Assembly (NCBI GenBank): GCA_030704615.1
Contig: CM060731.1
Span: 77,004,001 to 77,068,000, forward strand
Source: Takakia lepidozioides
Lineage: Eukaryota > Plantae > Bryophyta
DNA: 64,000 bases
Reading direction: 5' to 3'
In this document: piece by piece, positions 40,301 through 51,916 of the stretch
Layout: the number at the start of each line of letters is the position of its first letter
How positions within the stretch are numbered: the stretch's first letter is position 1
Notes under the pieces: model-generated
Seen by the model: only the letters and a program-made list of their open reading frames with translations
Told to the model about the DNA's origin: nothing
Databases searched by the model: none
Program-made: the position numbers and the translations under genes

Positions 40301-41361
40301 CACATGGCTAAAACTATAGTGAGAACGGTGGCGCTGAGCCTGGATTGCAAAAACACCGAACATAACACACTCTTGGTGCTTGCAACCATTCACATCGTAG
40401 TTTCAATTTAGAGTTTTCGGAACTCAAGATCCAGGTCAGCTGTGGTCATAGAAAAATCAGCCAAAACCAGCTGGTGTTGAATTCCTCTTTCACCAGTCCT
40501 TTCATCTCAAATCCAAGTCTTTTGGAGAGCGGGTAGGCATATGGAGTAGTGATTATCTAGCCAGGGATACGTACATTCATGAAACAAAACTGTTCAAAGT
40601 GTGTTTGTGAGAGAGAGAGAGAGAGAGAGGTGAGTTTAGTGTTGTGAAGTACTTGTAAAATGTGACCTTTTTGCAGGGTACCCAGACTTATCCTGCGGCT
40701 TTTGAGCTCTGCGTACATCCAGCTCAGCAAAAATACTGTCCAGCAGCCGAACGCCCCATAAATAAACTGAAAGATTATGCCATACTTGTATCCCATTTGA
40801 GAGAATGTATACGGCAATGTGAGTATTACAGACCCCACCTGCGCATATTTGCAGCCCGGACCAATAGAGAGTTATGATCATTTGGAAAATTGGAATTGCA
40901 AAACCATCCAATGAGAGTATTCAAGCTAGCTAAGTTGTGGCAAGGACGTGATTCGCACCTGTCCCCACATAACGATCTGTTAAAGCTAGCATTGAGGCAC
41001 GAGAGATGCTCATCTGTGTACATCTCGTTCAGTTCTAATCGAGCTATCTAAATCTCCTGGCTCGTTAAACTAACAGATCTCAACAACTCAATTTCGAACA
41101 TACATTCGCTTCACAGAAAGAGAGAGCCCGGAGTACCTGGGCAGCAACGGCATTTAGCCACGCATCGAACCAGGAGCCCCCATGCCAAATGCTGGCTTTA
41201 ACCACATCCTTCCAGTGCCATCCGAGCACACTGATTTTTCGGGTATCTGCTAGATTTACATGTCCATTTTGTTCCTTAGACAACTCTCCTTTCATTAATT
41301 CTAAGCCTTTCTGTCGCTCCACAGTGACCCCGGTCTCTCCGTTCATTGCTTCCTGATCCAT
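37374..41361 (-). CDS. Divergent AUX1/LAX-family (auxin influx carrier-like) permease, 497 aa, 8 exons
   Basis: Exons 41361-41137, 40838-40653, 40080-39968, 39560-39377, 38972-38875, 38616-38409, 38061-37804 and 37595-37374 splice in frame. AUX1/LAX signatures WHGGS.FDAW, LTLPY.FSQ, QLIAC, GATNIL, HSNAFS, PFFGPINS and GFGFGGWAS..F..CYQC are present. Confidence 0.92.
40608..40629. repeat. (GA)n microsatellite in LAX-like intron 2
   Basis: Perfect GA run. Confidence 0.9.
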
Positions 41362-43123
41362 TTGCTGTGGCTCACCTGCATCAACAATCTAAGTTAGACC
41401 TCTCTTCAACCCCACTTCTGTCGACCCCTCGAAGAGCGCACGAGCCTCTTATACACTCACTCGGATAGCTTGAAACTCCATTACCAGCTGTCGCACCCGT
41501 CGCTCACCCGCATGTACCAATCAAGCTTGCGTTTCGTTCTTATACATGTCTACTTCTTTTTCCCACCTTCACTGTCAGTATGAGCTGCCAACTCCAAACT
41601 CCTTGGAGATGCCCAGTGGCAGAGCGAGTCAACCGGAGCTCGTGAAGCGATGGGGGGAGAATACACGGTCTAAACTCAGCTTGCGATCTCAAAACGATAC
41701 AAATTTAGAACTCGTACCAGATGAATATATCTAGAAATCTTATCAAAATGGAGACCGCGTAGCTGCATTCTCCTATCCACCTGTAATCAATCGCTCTCCT
41801 TTCTCTCGGTTATGGTCGGCAGCTAATAGATTCCATAGCTACCGTCATGGGGCCCGGAAAATGCTCAACTTGTTTACTCATCTGGACGAATCTGCATATA
41901 TCTCTACCACAAACTGGACAGTACTGTCTCTTTCTCTCCCAGCTGCATCCACCTTGAACAGTAGCCGGCCTGGCCTGGCCTGTCTGGCAGATCATCAGTG
42001 AGCAAATGTGTCTCTTGAAGATTATAAGCACCAACTTATTTGTGTGTTTAGAAGAAGAAAGTCTCTTAAACGTTGACAGCCATACGACTATTAAGAATGA
42101 TATATCTTTGTACCGCATATATCTCTTTCTTTTTGGCTCTGTCCCTTCAGGCAGAGACACTGTGCATCATGTTCAAGTCAATGGAAAATGTGGTGGACGG
42201 ACCTCACACCATGTCAAGAGTATAATTAGTCTAAAAGAGCACTTAAATGTAAGCCACGTGGCAGCTTGTCAAAAGTGTTGCTTCAATGGACAGAGCCTCT
42301 CGCGGTTTGCAGCTTGTTTTATCTATATTAGTTTTAGATTTTAGAACTTAATATGTAAGAATATTTGAGAAGTGAATCGACTTTCGTCCGTGGAATTGTG
42401 GTAGGTAGGGGCTGATATATTATGACATGGAACCTGATTCCATTATGACCATCTATTTGAGTCCTGCCAGATCTTCAAGTACTTGACGTAGGAGTACATA
42501 ATATTGCTTACAAAAATTGTTGGTCATTAGAAATGCCTTGGTCCAAAATAGCATGAAAGGTTTGTCTGGCCGTCTTGTAGCTTATGGCCAGCTAAGCCTG
42601 CCTGACCATGAAGAGGTACATTCTGTTGGATATTATGGAGCCTCATTAGGGGTAGTTGTGGTTTTCATCACAAAAGATCTGGCCACATCTACTTGATGAT
42701 TTGTCTGTCCAACATCATTCAAGTGCGATATGCGGAATGCATTAGGTGGTGGAATTGATAAGTTGAAAGGATATATTGGTCTTGCTTCCAATTTGTAATC
42801 ATCAAACTTCTATAATGTGTTCAAACAACTTGAGTAACTTAACCTCCCAATCAAAAGACATGTAGTGCTACAGAGCAAAATAATGTTAGATCCTTGTTAG
42901 AAAAAAACAATTGACACGCTACCAAGCAAGTGTAAATTTATTGCCCTCTTGAGAGCTTTTATCTTCATATGGCAGCATATCTTTGTAGATGTTAGTATTA
43001 TGCCTTACTCCATTATGTCTGTAAGACTGTCAGTTCTAGGCTTCTACTTTATTTCCAGCTTTGTATGTTGTGCTTTTCTCTCCATCTATACATGTTGTGC
43101 TATTAAAATATTTCAATCGTGTA

Positions 43124-46067
43124 TCAATACAATATATGAAGCGAGACGTTTGTTTGTTTGTTTGTTTGTTGTTTTGTTTTGTTTTGTAGCGTTGAGATGT
43201 CCCAAACCGCATGGCCCCAGCCCTGGTGCTTGGTACCGTTGGAAAGCCCTCAACGAGGAGGGGTGCACTGGCTTGGTCTCATGATTTTTGGACATGTGGT
43301 GTGGGAGATACAGAATTCCAATTACTTTTGGTCACTGGAAATTCACAAAAATTAGCAAAAATGACAAAGTGGGCATTCTTGGGACAATGGTTGGAGCCTC
43401 GAGGAGAGAGATATCAAGGGAAAGGTCTCCAGTCTGGTCGTAGGCTCTCTGGAAAAAACAAAATGATCAGATATGGGATTGCACTTGGACTTAAATGACA
43501 TTGGATACTTGGGCCTTTAGATGGAGATGCACTTGGATACATGAATAGAAGATTGCACTTGGGCTTAGATTTCAATTCTTCACACATGGGCCAACAGCAT
43601 AGGCTACACTAGAGGTCATACTTGGGCCTTGACATAGGTGACCCACTTGGATACATAAGAAATTGCACTTGGGCTTAGATTTCAATTCTTCACACATGGG
43701 CCTTGACATAGCTGGCCCAAGTGTCGAGGGTCATCTAAGCCCATGTGCAATCTCCTATGTATCCAAATGCGTCTCATATGTCGAGGCCCAAGTCGACATC
43801 TACAGATTAGGCCCAAGTCGACATCTGCAGTAGCTTGTGCGGCCGATGTGTAAATAATTGAAATCTAAGACCACGTGCAATTTCCTATGTATCCTAGTGC
43901 GTCTCCTATGTCGAGGCCCATCTAAGCCCAAGTACAATCTTTTATGTATCCAAGTGCATCTCCCGCGTAGAGGCCTAAGTGTCCACTGTCATTTAAACCC
44001 AAGTGCAATCTCATATGTATCCAATGACATCTCCCATGTGCGTCTCCTATGTCGAGGCCCATCTAAGCCCAGTGTGCAATCTTTTATGTATTCAAGTGTA
44101 TCTCCCATGTAGATGCCCAAGTGTCCATTGTCATTTCAGACCAAGTGCAATTTCTTATGTATCCCAGTGCGTCTCTTATGTTGAGGCCCAAGTGCGACCT
44201 CTTGTGTAGCCTATGCCGTTGGCCCATGTGTGAAAAATTGAAATCTAAGCCCAAGTGCAATCTTCTATTCATGTATCCAAGTGCATCTCCCATGTAAAGG
44301 CCTAAGTGTGACCTCAAGTGTCCAAAGACCTACATTTTGGGAGATCCACGGGGGGTCACTATATGTATTTTTTTCATATAACGTGGGTACAAAAGTATAT
44401 TTATACTAGGCTATATTTTTTAAATTTTGATTTTTTTTTTCCACCCTATCTTTAGGTAATATTGTAAAACCCTTTGTTTTCTAACACCCTATTTTTTTAT
44501 AATTTTCTTTTGCGACAACTAATTAGACCTATTTTAAATTATCATTTGAAATAATTACAAAAGTTCAAAGCATGTACACAAACAAGTACATTCCATATAA
44601 CATAAGTCAAATGCTAGACCCAAGAAAAAGTTTAATTTTCAATAGCCACGAACTCATTCAAAGCTCCAACATCACTTGGATCTAAAGAATACAAGTCTTG
44701 AGATGGTTCAAATGCCATAGTCACTGTTGAGATTATGGTATTAACATCAATCCACTGTGTATCACTGGAATCATATTTGAACTTCAGGTGACCTCTACCT
44801 GATCTCATCCTGATGGATTAGAGTTGGATGCAATATGAGAAACTTCACAAGGATGGATACATTCTACTGTAGATAAAACCCTTTATTACATTAATTTTTT
44901 AAAGTAAAACTCTGGATTTTTTGTGACCCTTACTGGGTGAAATGATATTGCCTTACCATATTTTATAAGTAACACTTTTCTAAAATTTATCTAAAAAAAT
45001 AAATTACACCCTATATTTGTTCTCACGTGGTTTTGAAAATATGGGGAGTGATCCCCCCAAGGGGAGATCTCTATGTCATTGCCCACTTTGCTATTTTTGC
45101 AATTTCCCCTGTCGAGGCTTCATATATTGATATATCCACTTTGCTATTTTTTGCGAATTTCCAGCGATCAAAAGTATTTGAAATTCCAACTCTCCCACAT
45201 GAAGGGCCAATCATTGCTCCAGGAAAGCCCACTTTGCTGAATTTTCAACGACCCAAAGCACTTGAAATTCTAGATCTCCCACACCGCTGGTCCAAAAATC
45301 ATGAGTCCAAGCCAGTGCACCCCTCCTCACCGAGGACTTTATAACGACACCAAGCACCCACGCCGGCCCCGCGGTTTGGGAGATCTCAATCTCAACGTGA
45401 CAAAACAACAAAACAAAACAGACGTCTCGATTCATATAAGTCCAAGTGCAATCCCCTATATATCTAGCGACCCTCCTGTTTGGGAGATCTAGGCCTAGGG
45501 TAGGCGACCCATGTGTTAAGTCCAAGTGCAATTTCTTACGTATCCAAGTGGGTCTCATATGTCAAGGCCCATGTATGAAGAATTGAAATCTAAGCCCACG
45601 TGCAATTTCTTATGTATCCAAGTGGGTCTCCTATGTCGAGGCCCAAGTGCGACCTCTAGTGTAGCCTATGCCATTGGCCCATGTGTGAAGAATTGAAATC
45701 TAAGCCCAAGTGCAATCTTCTATTCATGTATCCAAGTGCATCTCCCATGTAGAGGCCTAAGTGTCGAGTGTCAAGCAATCCCATATCTAATCAAATTCTT
45801 TTTCAGAGAGCCTATGACCAGATTTGAACCGGAGACCTTTCCCTTGATATTTCTCCCGTCGAGGCTCCAACCAATCTCCCAGGAATGCCCACTTTGCCAT
45901 TTTTGCTACTTTTTGTGAATTTCCAGCGACCAAAAGTATGAGACCAAGTGCACCCCTCCTTGTCGAGGGCTTTCCTCCAACGGCACCAAGCACCAAGGCT
46001 GGGCCCGCGGTTTGGGAGATCTCAACGATGCTACAAAACAAAACAAACGTCTCAATTCATATATTGA
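43124..46067. mobile_element. Two non-autonomous Helitron copies arranged tail-to-tail (plus 43124-~43715; minus 46067-~43720), the latter interrupted
   Basis: A|TC 5' ends at 43124 (+) and 46067 (-); shared ttggaaagccctc..ggggtgcac..ggtctcatgattttt core; internal tgcacttggg(c/a)cttaga minisatellites. Confidence 0.7.
44340..45071. mobile_element. AT-rich insertion with imperfect terminal inverted repeats (MULE/MITE-like)
   Basis: Left gagatcc..gggggg.tcact..tattttt..acgtg resembles the reverse complement of the right end cacgtgg..aaaatat..agtgatcccccc..gagatctc. It interrupts the Helitron repeat. No TSD was resolved. Confidence 0.4.
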
Positions 46068-46177
46068 TAATGGGAGACATCCACCTATTTAATTAATTCT
46101 AAACAAGTATCAAAATCCAAATGTATTGAGATATGACGATATGACCTAGAGAGATTATGTTATTTTTTATGAAGTAA

Positions 46178-49100
46178 TCAATGTATGAATCGAAACGTTT
46201 GTTTTGTTTTGTGTTGTTTTGTAGCGTCGTTGAGATCTCCCAAACCGCGGGGCCCCAGCGCGGGTGCTTGGTGCCATTGGAAAGCCCTCGAGGAGGAGGG
46301 GTGCACCGACTTGGTCTCATGATTTTTGGACAAGCGGTGAGGGAGATGTGGAATTCCAAGTACTTTTGATCGCTGGAAATTCACAAAAATAGCAAAAATG
46401 ACAAAGTGGGCATTCTTTGGACAATGGTTAGAGCCTCGAGGGGAGAGATATAAAGGGAAAGGTCTCCGGTTCAAATCTGGTCGTAGGCTCTGTGGAAAGA
46501 AAACTTACTTAGATGACATTGGACACTTGGGCCAATGGCAAAGGCTACCCTAGAGGTTGCATTTAGGCTTTGATATAGGAGACGCACTTTGATACATAGG
46601 GGATTGCACTTGGACTTAGATGACTCTAGACACTTGTGCCAATGGCATAGGCTACCCTAGACGAGGAAATTTGGGAAAAATAGAAAAGTAGGCTTTCATG
46701 ATTGGCCCTTCATGTGGGAGATTTGGAATTTCAAGTGTTTGCTGGAAATTCACGAAAAATAGCAAAGTGCATATATCAATATATGAAGCCTCGACAGGGG
46801 AGATTGCAAAAATAGCAAAGTGGGTTTTCGGATTGCACTTGGACTTAGGTGACATTGAACACTGGAGGTCGCACTTTGGCCTCTACATGGGAGACGCACA
46901 TGGATACATAGGAGATAGCTGTCGTGCGCATACATATCGCTACACAACTACATCGCTGTCCAAAACCACACAACACATGTGCACACCACACACTAGTATA
47001 CCACTAGTCCACCACTAGTCCAACCACTAGGCTACAACTAGTCAGTCACTAGGCTGCCACTATGCTGCCTACTATGGCAGTCACTAGTCCACACGTCGTA
47101 GTGTGGATTCCCCATGGCGTGGGGTGCACTTGGCTTGACTTGTATTTGAGTGATGAGGTTATATATGCATGAGTTTATGCTTCAGCATTGTGAGCTCGCA
47201 TGAGCTTGTGCTTGTATTCTTCTTCTTTATCACTCGAGAAAGATGAGCCTCCCGCGCTTGCCGTGAAGATAACCACTCCAGGGCCTAAATCTGCCTTGAT
47301 CCCTGGATTGACACTTGGGCCAATCCCAAATGTCAATATGTAAAAGCTAGCTATTTCCTAGCTAGTTTCACACTAGTGGTAAAATAACTTGACATAGCAC
47401 TTGGGCTTAGATTTTCAATTCTTCACACATGGGCCAATGACACAAGCTACCCTAGATCTCCCAAACAATGGGGTCTCTGGATACATAGGGGATTGCATTT
47501 GGACATAGATGACACTGGACACTTGGGCCAACGGCACAGGCTACCGTAGTCAAATATATGAATCGAGATAATTTGTTTGTTTGTTTATTTGTTTTGTCGC
47601 GTAGAGATGTCCCAAACCGCGGGCCCCAGCAGTGGTGTTTGGTACTGTTGGAAAGCCCTCGACGAGGAGGGGTGCACGGGCTTGGTCTCATGATTTTTGG
47701 ACCTGCGGTGTGGGAGATGTGGAATTTCAAGTACTTTAGGTCGCTGGAAATTCACGAAAAATAGTATAAATAGCAAAGTGGGCATTCATGGGACAACGGT
47801 TGGAGCCTTGGCAGGAGAGATATCAAGGCAAAGGTTTCCGGTTCAAATCTGGTTGTAGCCTTTATGGAAAAAAATGATTAGATATGGCTTGCTTCATATA
47901 TTGATGCATTTGGACTTAGATGACATTGGACACTTGGGCCAACAGCACAGGCTACCCTAGTCAATATATGAATCGAGACGTTTGTTTTGTTTTATTTTGT
48001 ATTGTTTGTTTGTTTGTAGCGTGTTTAAATCTCCCAAACCGCGAGGCCCCAACCCTGGTGCTTGGTACCGTTGGAAAGCCCTCGATGAGGAGGGGTGCAC
48101 CGGCTTGGTCTCATGATTTTTGGACCGGCGGTGTGGAAGATGTTGAATTTCAAGTAGTTTTGGTCTTTGGAAACTCACAAAAACTAGCAAAGTGGGCTTT
48201 CCTCCTGGGGGGGTTGTACTTTTTATAAAATGTGCGTATCACGTGCGTTCACCAACTAATCATAAAAACCCCTTATACGGATTCTTGGATAATTTATACC
48301 CCCTCTGTACATACTTTTTGAGGATTATAAAACCCTCTCCTGTACATATACAAAAATTTACAATTTTAAAAAAGTACCCCCTTCTATATGTATATTCTCC
48401 TTTTCAATCATTAAAAAATACCCTCAAATATGTATATGTATGTTTTTACATTATATCAAGTTTATTCATTTAGAAACAGAATAAAATCCAATAAATTAAT
48501 TAAAAAATATCTATTTGCCCTCGATAAGATTGTCAAAGACTTTCCGCTCATTGTAATTGTGTTTCCCTTCAATACCACATAACTTCCATAATACTAATAA
48601 GTTGAGCCAGCTTATAGAGTAGTTTTTAAGCTACCTACCATATTGATTAAATACTAAATAGTACCATGTTTCAGTTCTGAATCAGAATGTATTGTTCAAG
48701 ACATCTTATCTCCAAGAGTCCGGGGTTTTCAGATGTATAATGTTATCTCTGGATTAACCACCAAATGGTACAATATATACTCTTATCTCTGGCTGGCGAT
48801 TTGATCTCGCCGTGCATCGCGGCCTAAACGATGTCCTTACCACTAGACTACCCCTTAAAATTCAACAACCCCCTCCTGTAACATTATATTTAACGTGTTT
48901 TAAACCCCCACATTTATGTATAATGTTGTACATGGGGGGTTTAAAATACCCGGTAGATTGCCGTTTTGGGGCAAGTGTCGTGGCACCGTGGAGATGCTCT
49001 TAGATGACAGTTGACACTTGGGCCAACTGCACAGGCTACCCTAGAGGTCGCACTTGGGCCTCACTTAGGGGACGCACTAGGATACATATGAGATCTTGCA

Positions 49101-49358
49101 GTTGGGCTTAGATGACACTGAGCATTTGGGCCAAGGGCACAAGCTATCCTAGAGGTTGCATTTGGGCCTCCACATAGGAGACATACTTGGATATATAGGG
49201 GATCAATATACTAGGAGATATCAAAGAAGGTCTCCGGTTTAAATCTGGTCGTAGGCTCTGTGGAAAAAAAATGATTGGATATGGCTTGCTTCAAGTATTT
49301 GATGCACTTGGACTTAGATGACATTGGACATTTGGGCCAACGGCACAGGCTACCCTAG
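46178..49358 (+). mobile_element. Head-to-tail tandem array of non-autonomous Helitrons
   Basis: Starts A|TC (46178) and ends CTAG|T (49358). The 3' hairpin t(g/t)tgcc-aac-ggcacagg lies before CTAG. Internal junctions GTAG|TC at 47549/47550 and CTAG|TC at 47960/47961 delimit a 411-bp unit. Confidence 0.75.
46920..47394. mobile_element. Solo LTR (475 bp) with 4-bp TSD, nested in a Helitron
   Basis: Ends TGTC...GACA; TAGC flanks both sides (46916-46919 and 47395-47398); the Helitron repeat resumes across it; the first ~60 bp match 56020-56080. Confidence 0.75.
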
Positions 49359-49489
49359 TATAAGTTATATTAACACATATTTTTATTCACGTAATATATA
49401 TATATATAGGGGAAGTAGCCCCAGTAAAACTTTATTGATAAGGGGAAAAATAAAACCCCATGAGCCCATGAAGCAATTAACACACCAAC

Positions 49490-49805
49490 AAAGGTGCGGG
49501 TATTTCGCATCCGTGGGGTATGGTATCAGTGTGGGTATGTTTGGAACCCTAAACCCTAAGTTCTACATACACCCGGGGTATAGGTTGCATGACATACCAG
49601 CCGGGTTGGTTCTAGCATGTCCTTACCCATACCCTTGCACATACCCCCGCCGACTGGCACAAACCAGTACAACACTGGTGATAACGAGTGTCGGACTGGT
49701 ATATGTATTGGTATTAGATACCAGACCAGTCTGGTATCCTTTGGGAGACTCGATACATGGTCATCTACCATACCAGCCTAGTATCAGTTTTTTCATACCA
49801 GCCAC
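49490..49805. repeat. ggtatg/catacc motif-rich segment, probable DNA-transposon subterminal region
   Basis: Many (g)ggtat(g) and catacc(a/c) motifs occur in both orientations. Confidence 0.4.
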
Positions 49806-49899
49806 AATCCCACTACTCCCCCGCCATCTTCCTCATTTAGTCTAATATGTGTATTATAGTAATTTATGTGCACATATGCCTACATACTTGTATTTATGT

Positions 49900-51138
49900 A
49901 GAGTTGATATCTAATATCAGCTGGTATTGTGGTCATGATACTCACACTCATAGCAAGGTTGGGATCTATCCTCCCATCCACATGTGGAAGGTGACATGGC
50001 GCACAATTGCGCACATGGTCCTTCCATACCATGTCATCTCGACCCTCCAGAATCAGCACTCCTGAAGGCAACACCTCTCGGACCCTTAGAATCACACGAC
50101 ATGCTGTGACATCCAAGGTCGTAGACGATGTCTGCTGCAAATACACATAGTCCCCAAAGATGGAAACGTCGAACACCTGGCCAATATCCTCCTCCACATA
50201 TAGTGGCGTACCTCAATGTGTCTCGGTGTTGGCAATAGCAAGGTTCTCAAAAGCCATAGGCATGACTTTCTTGAACAACTCTACCCGTTGGGTACATGTT
50301 TGTGTCAACACATCCAGATCATCAAGGTTGAGGACAACTGCAATCTCCCTGCGAATAGATGCAAACAAATCTAGCTCTCAGCCAAAGAGAAGGAAATAAG
50401 GTGAGAACGAGGCAAGTGATGTTTGCTTGCTAAACCTGTAGCCCATGGCCAACCAAGGTAGCTGAAGGTCCCAATCCCCTAAGTGTCACTTCTGCAAGCC
50501 ATACTTACGCAAGCCTCTCTTGACTGTTTGAACAACTCTCTCTGCCAAGCCATCAGCCTCGGGATGATCCCGAGAAGTAATACGGTGGTCTATCAAGGCT
50601 TGCTCACACAAAGCCTGAAACTCCCCCAAGAACTCTCTCCCCTAGTCCGTGAATACCTCAGCTGGAGCACCAAATTGGCTAAGCATTCGATCTAAGAATG
50701 CATACGCAGCCCCATCACTTGCCTTGTCAAGCAATGCCACTAGTTCAATCCATTTGGAGAAATGTTTCACCATCACCAGCACATACTTGTTATAGCGAAT
50801 CGTTAGTGGCAATGGGGCTGCGAAGTCAAGGCTCTAACAATAGCCCAAACCCATAATGGATAAAGATGTAATTATGGGGTAGGGGCATTGAAAGAAGCCC
50901 ACACACCATGCATCTTGTCACTAACTGTTGCACATCCGTGTGCATGCCCCGCCACCAATACTGTCTTTGCAGCAAACTATGAGTGCGCCGCACCCCAAAA
51001 TGTCCCAACTCCTCATGGGCATGGTGTACCAATCGCGCTCATTATGTTGGATGAGGCACAATCCTCACTCATCCATCCTCCCATACTCGGAGTAAATGAG
51101 TCCCCTCCCACTTGAACCTCTTGGCTCGTTGTAGGATC
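49900..51138 (-). mobile_element. Truncated second copy of the Gypsy family: integrase region
   Basis: HAHEELGHFGVRRTHSLLQRQYWWRGM..C..C; FGAPAEVFTD; TSRDHPEADGLAERVVQ; VREVLPSGVLILEGRD..NCAPCHLP. It is collinear with 56520-57640. Confidence 0.9.
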
Positions 51139-51916
51139 AGCGGATGCCACGGCGAGTCGGGAAGTAATCGCCCACGCTCATGTGGCAGGACAGAAACGAC
51201 CATCTTCTACACTACGAACACCTTCTCCGTCTGTGAGTTGAAGTTCTTCACATTCACCATGATTGAAAGAATGTATGTTTTTGTTTCATTGATTCTTTGT
51301 GGTGGTTTTTCCTTTTGGTGGAATGTAGAGGGGTGCTTTGTTTTTGTTATGAGGGGCTCACAGCAGTAGTGCACAGTTCTTGGCACAAGCAATTAGTTAG
51401 GGCTTTCCAGACACTTCAAGCAGACAAATTGCAGGGACACTTATCTTTCATGGACCCATCAGGTTTGTCCCTTTGAATGCTTGATATTGATTTTCAGGAA
51501 CAACCCATACCTAAAAGTATTGGGAGCACATCATTGGGGCCAATCAAATTTGGGAGATTTACTGCCCAAGATCATACTGACTTTTGGGTAATCTTGTCTT
51601 TAATATATGCAGACAGAGCACAACTAAACCTGCTCTTTCTTTTGTAAGGCATCCTCCTTGGCTTTCAGCTCCTGTTCCTTCTTCAGTCCTTGATGTCAAA
51701 CAAGTCCTTGATGTAACTTCATTTCAACATTACCATAGGCAGCCTTACCTGAAATACCGATGACCATCAAGGAGTAAGAATTGAGAACACCCACTTTGAA
51801 TTCTAGGATTTGCTGCTTGCTGCCTATATGTATGTGGATTCACCCACATTGTACTTGGTGTTTGTCTTTTCAGGGCAAGCACAAGCGCTCTGTCAACATG
51901 ATCCCTGCTGCTAGCA

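Noticed and set aside
43113-48228. Many short similar ORFs (e.g. SKNHETKPVHPSSSRAFQR)
   Set aside because: They are chance translations of the non-coding Helitron repeat in several frames.
43124-49358. CRISPR-like array of recurring ~30-40-bp motifs
   Set aside because: The context is eukaryotic, repeats are degenerate and in both orientations, there are no unique regular spacers or cas genes, and Helitron termini explain the pattern.
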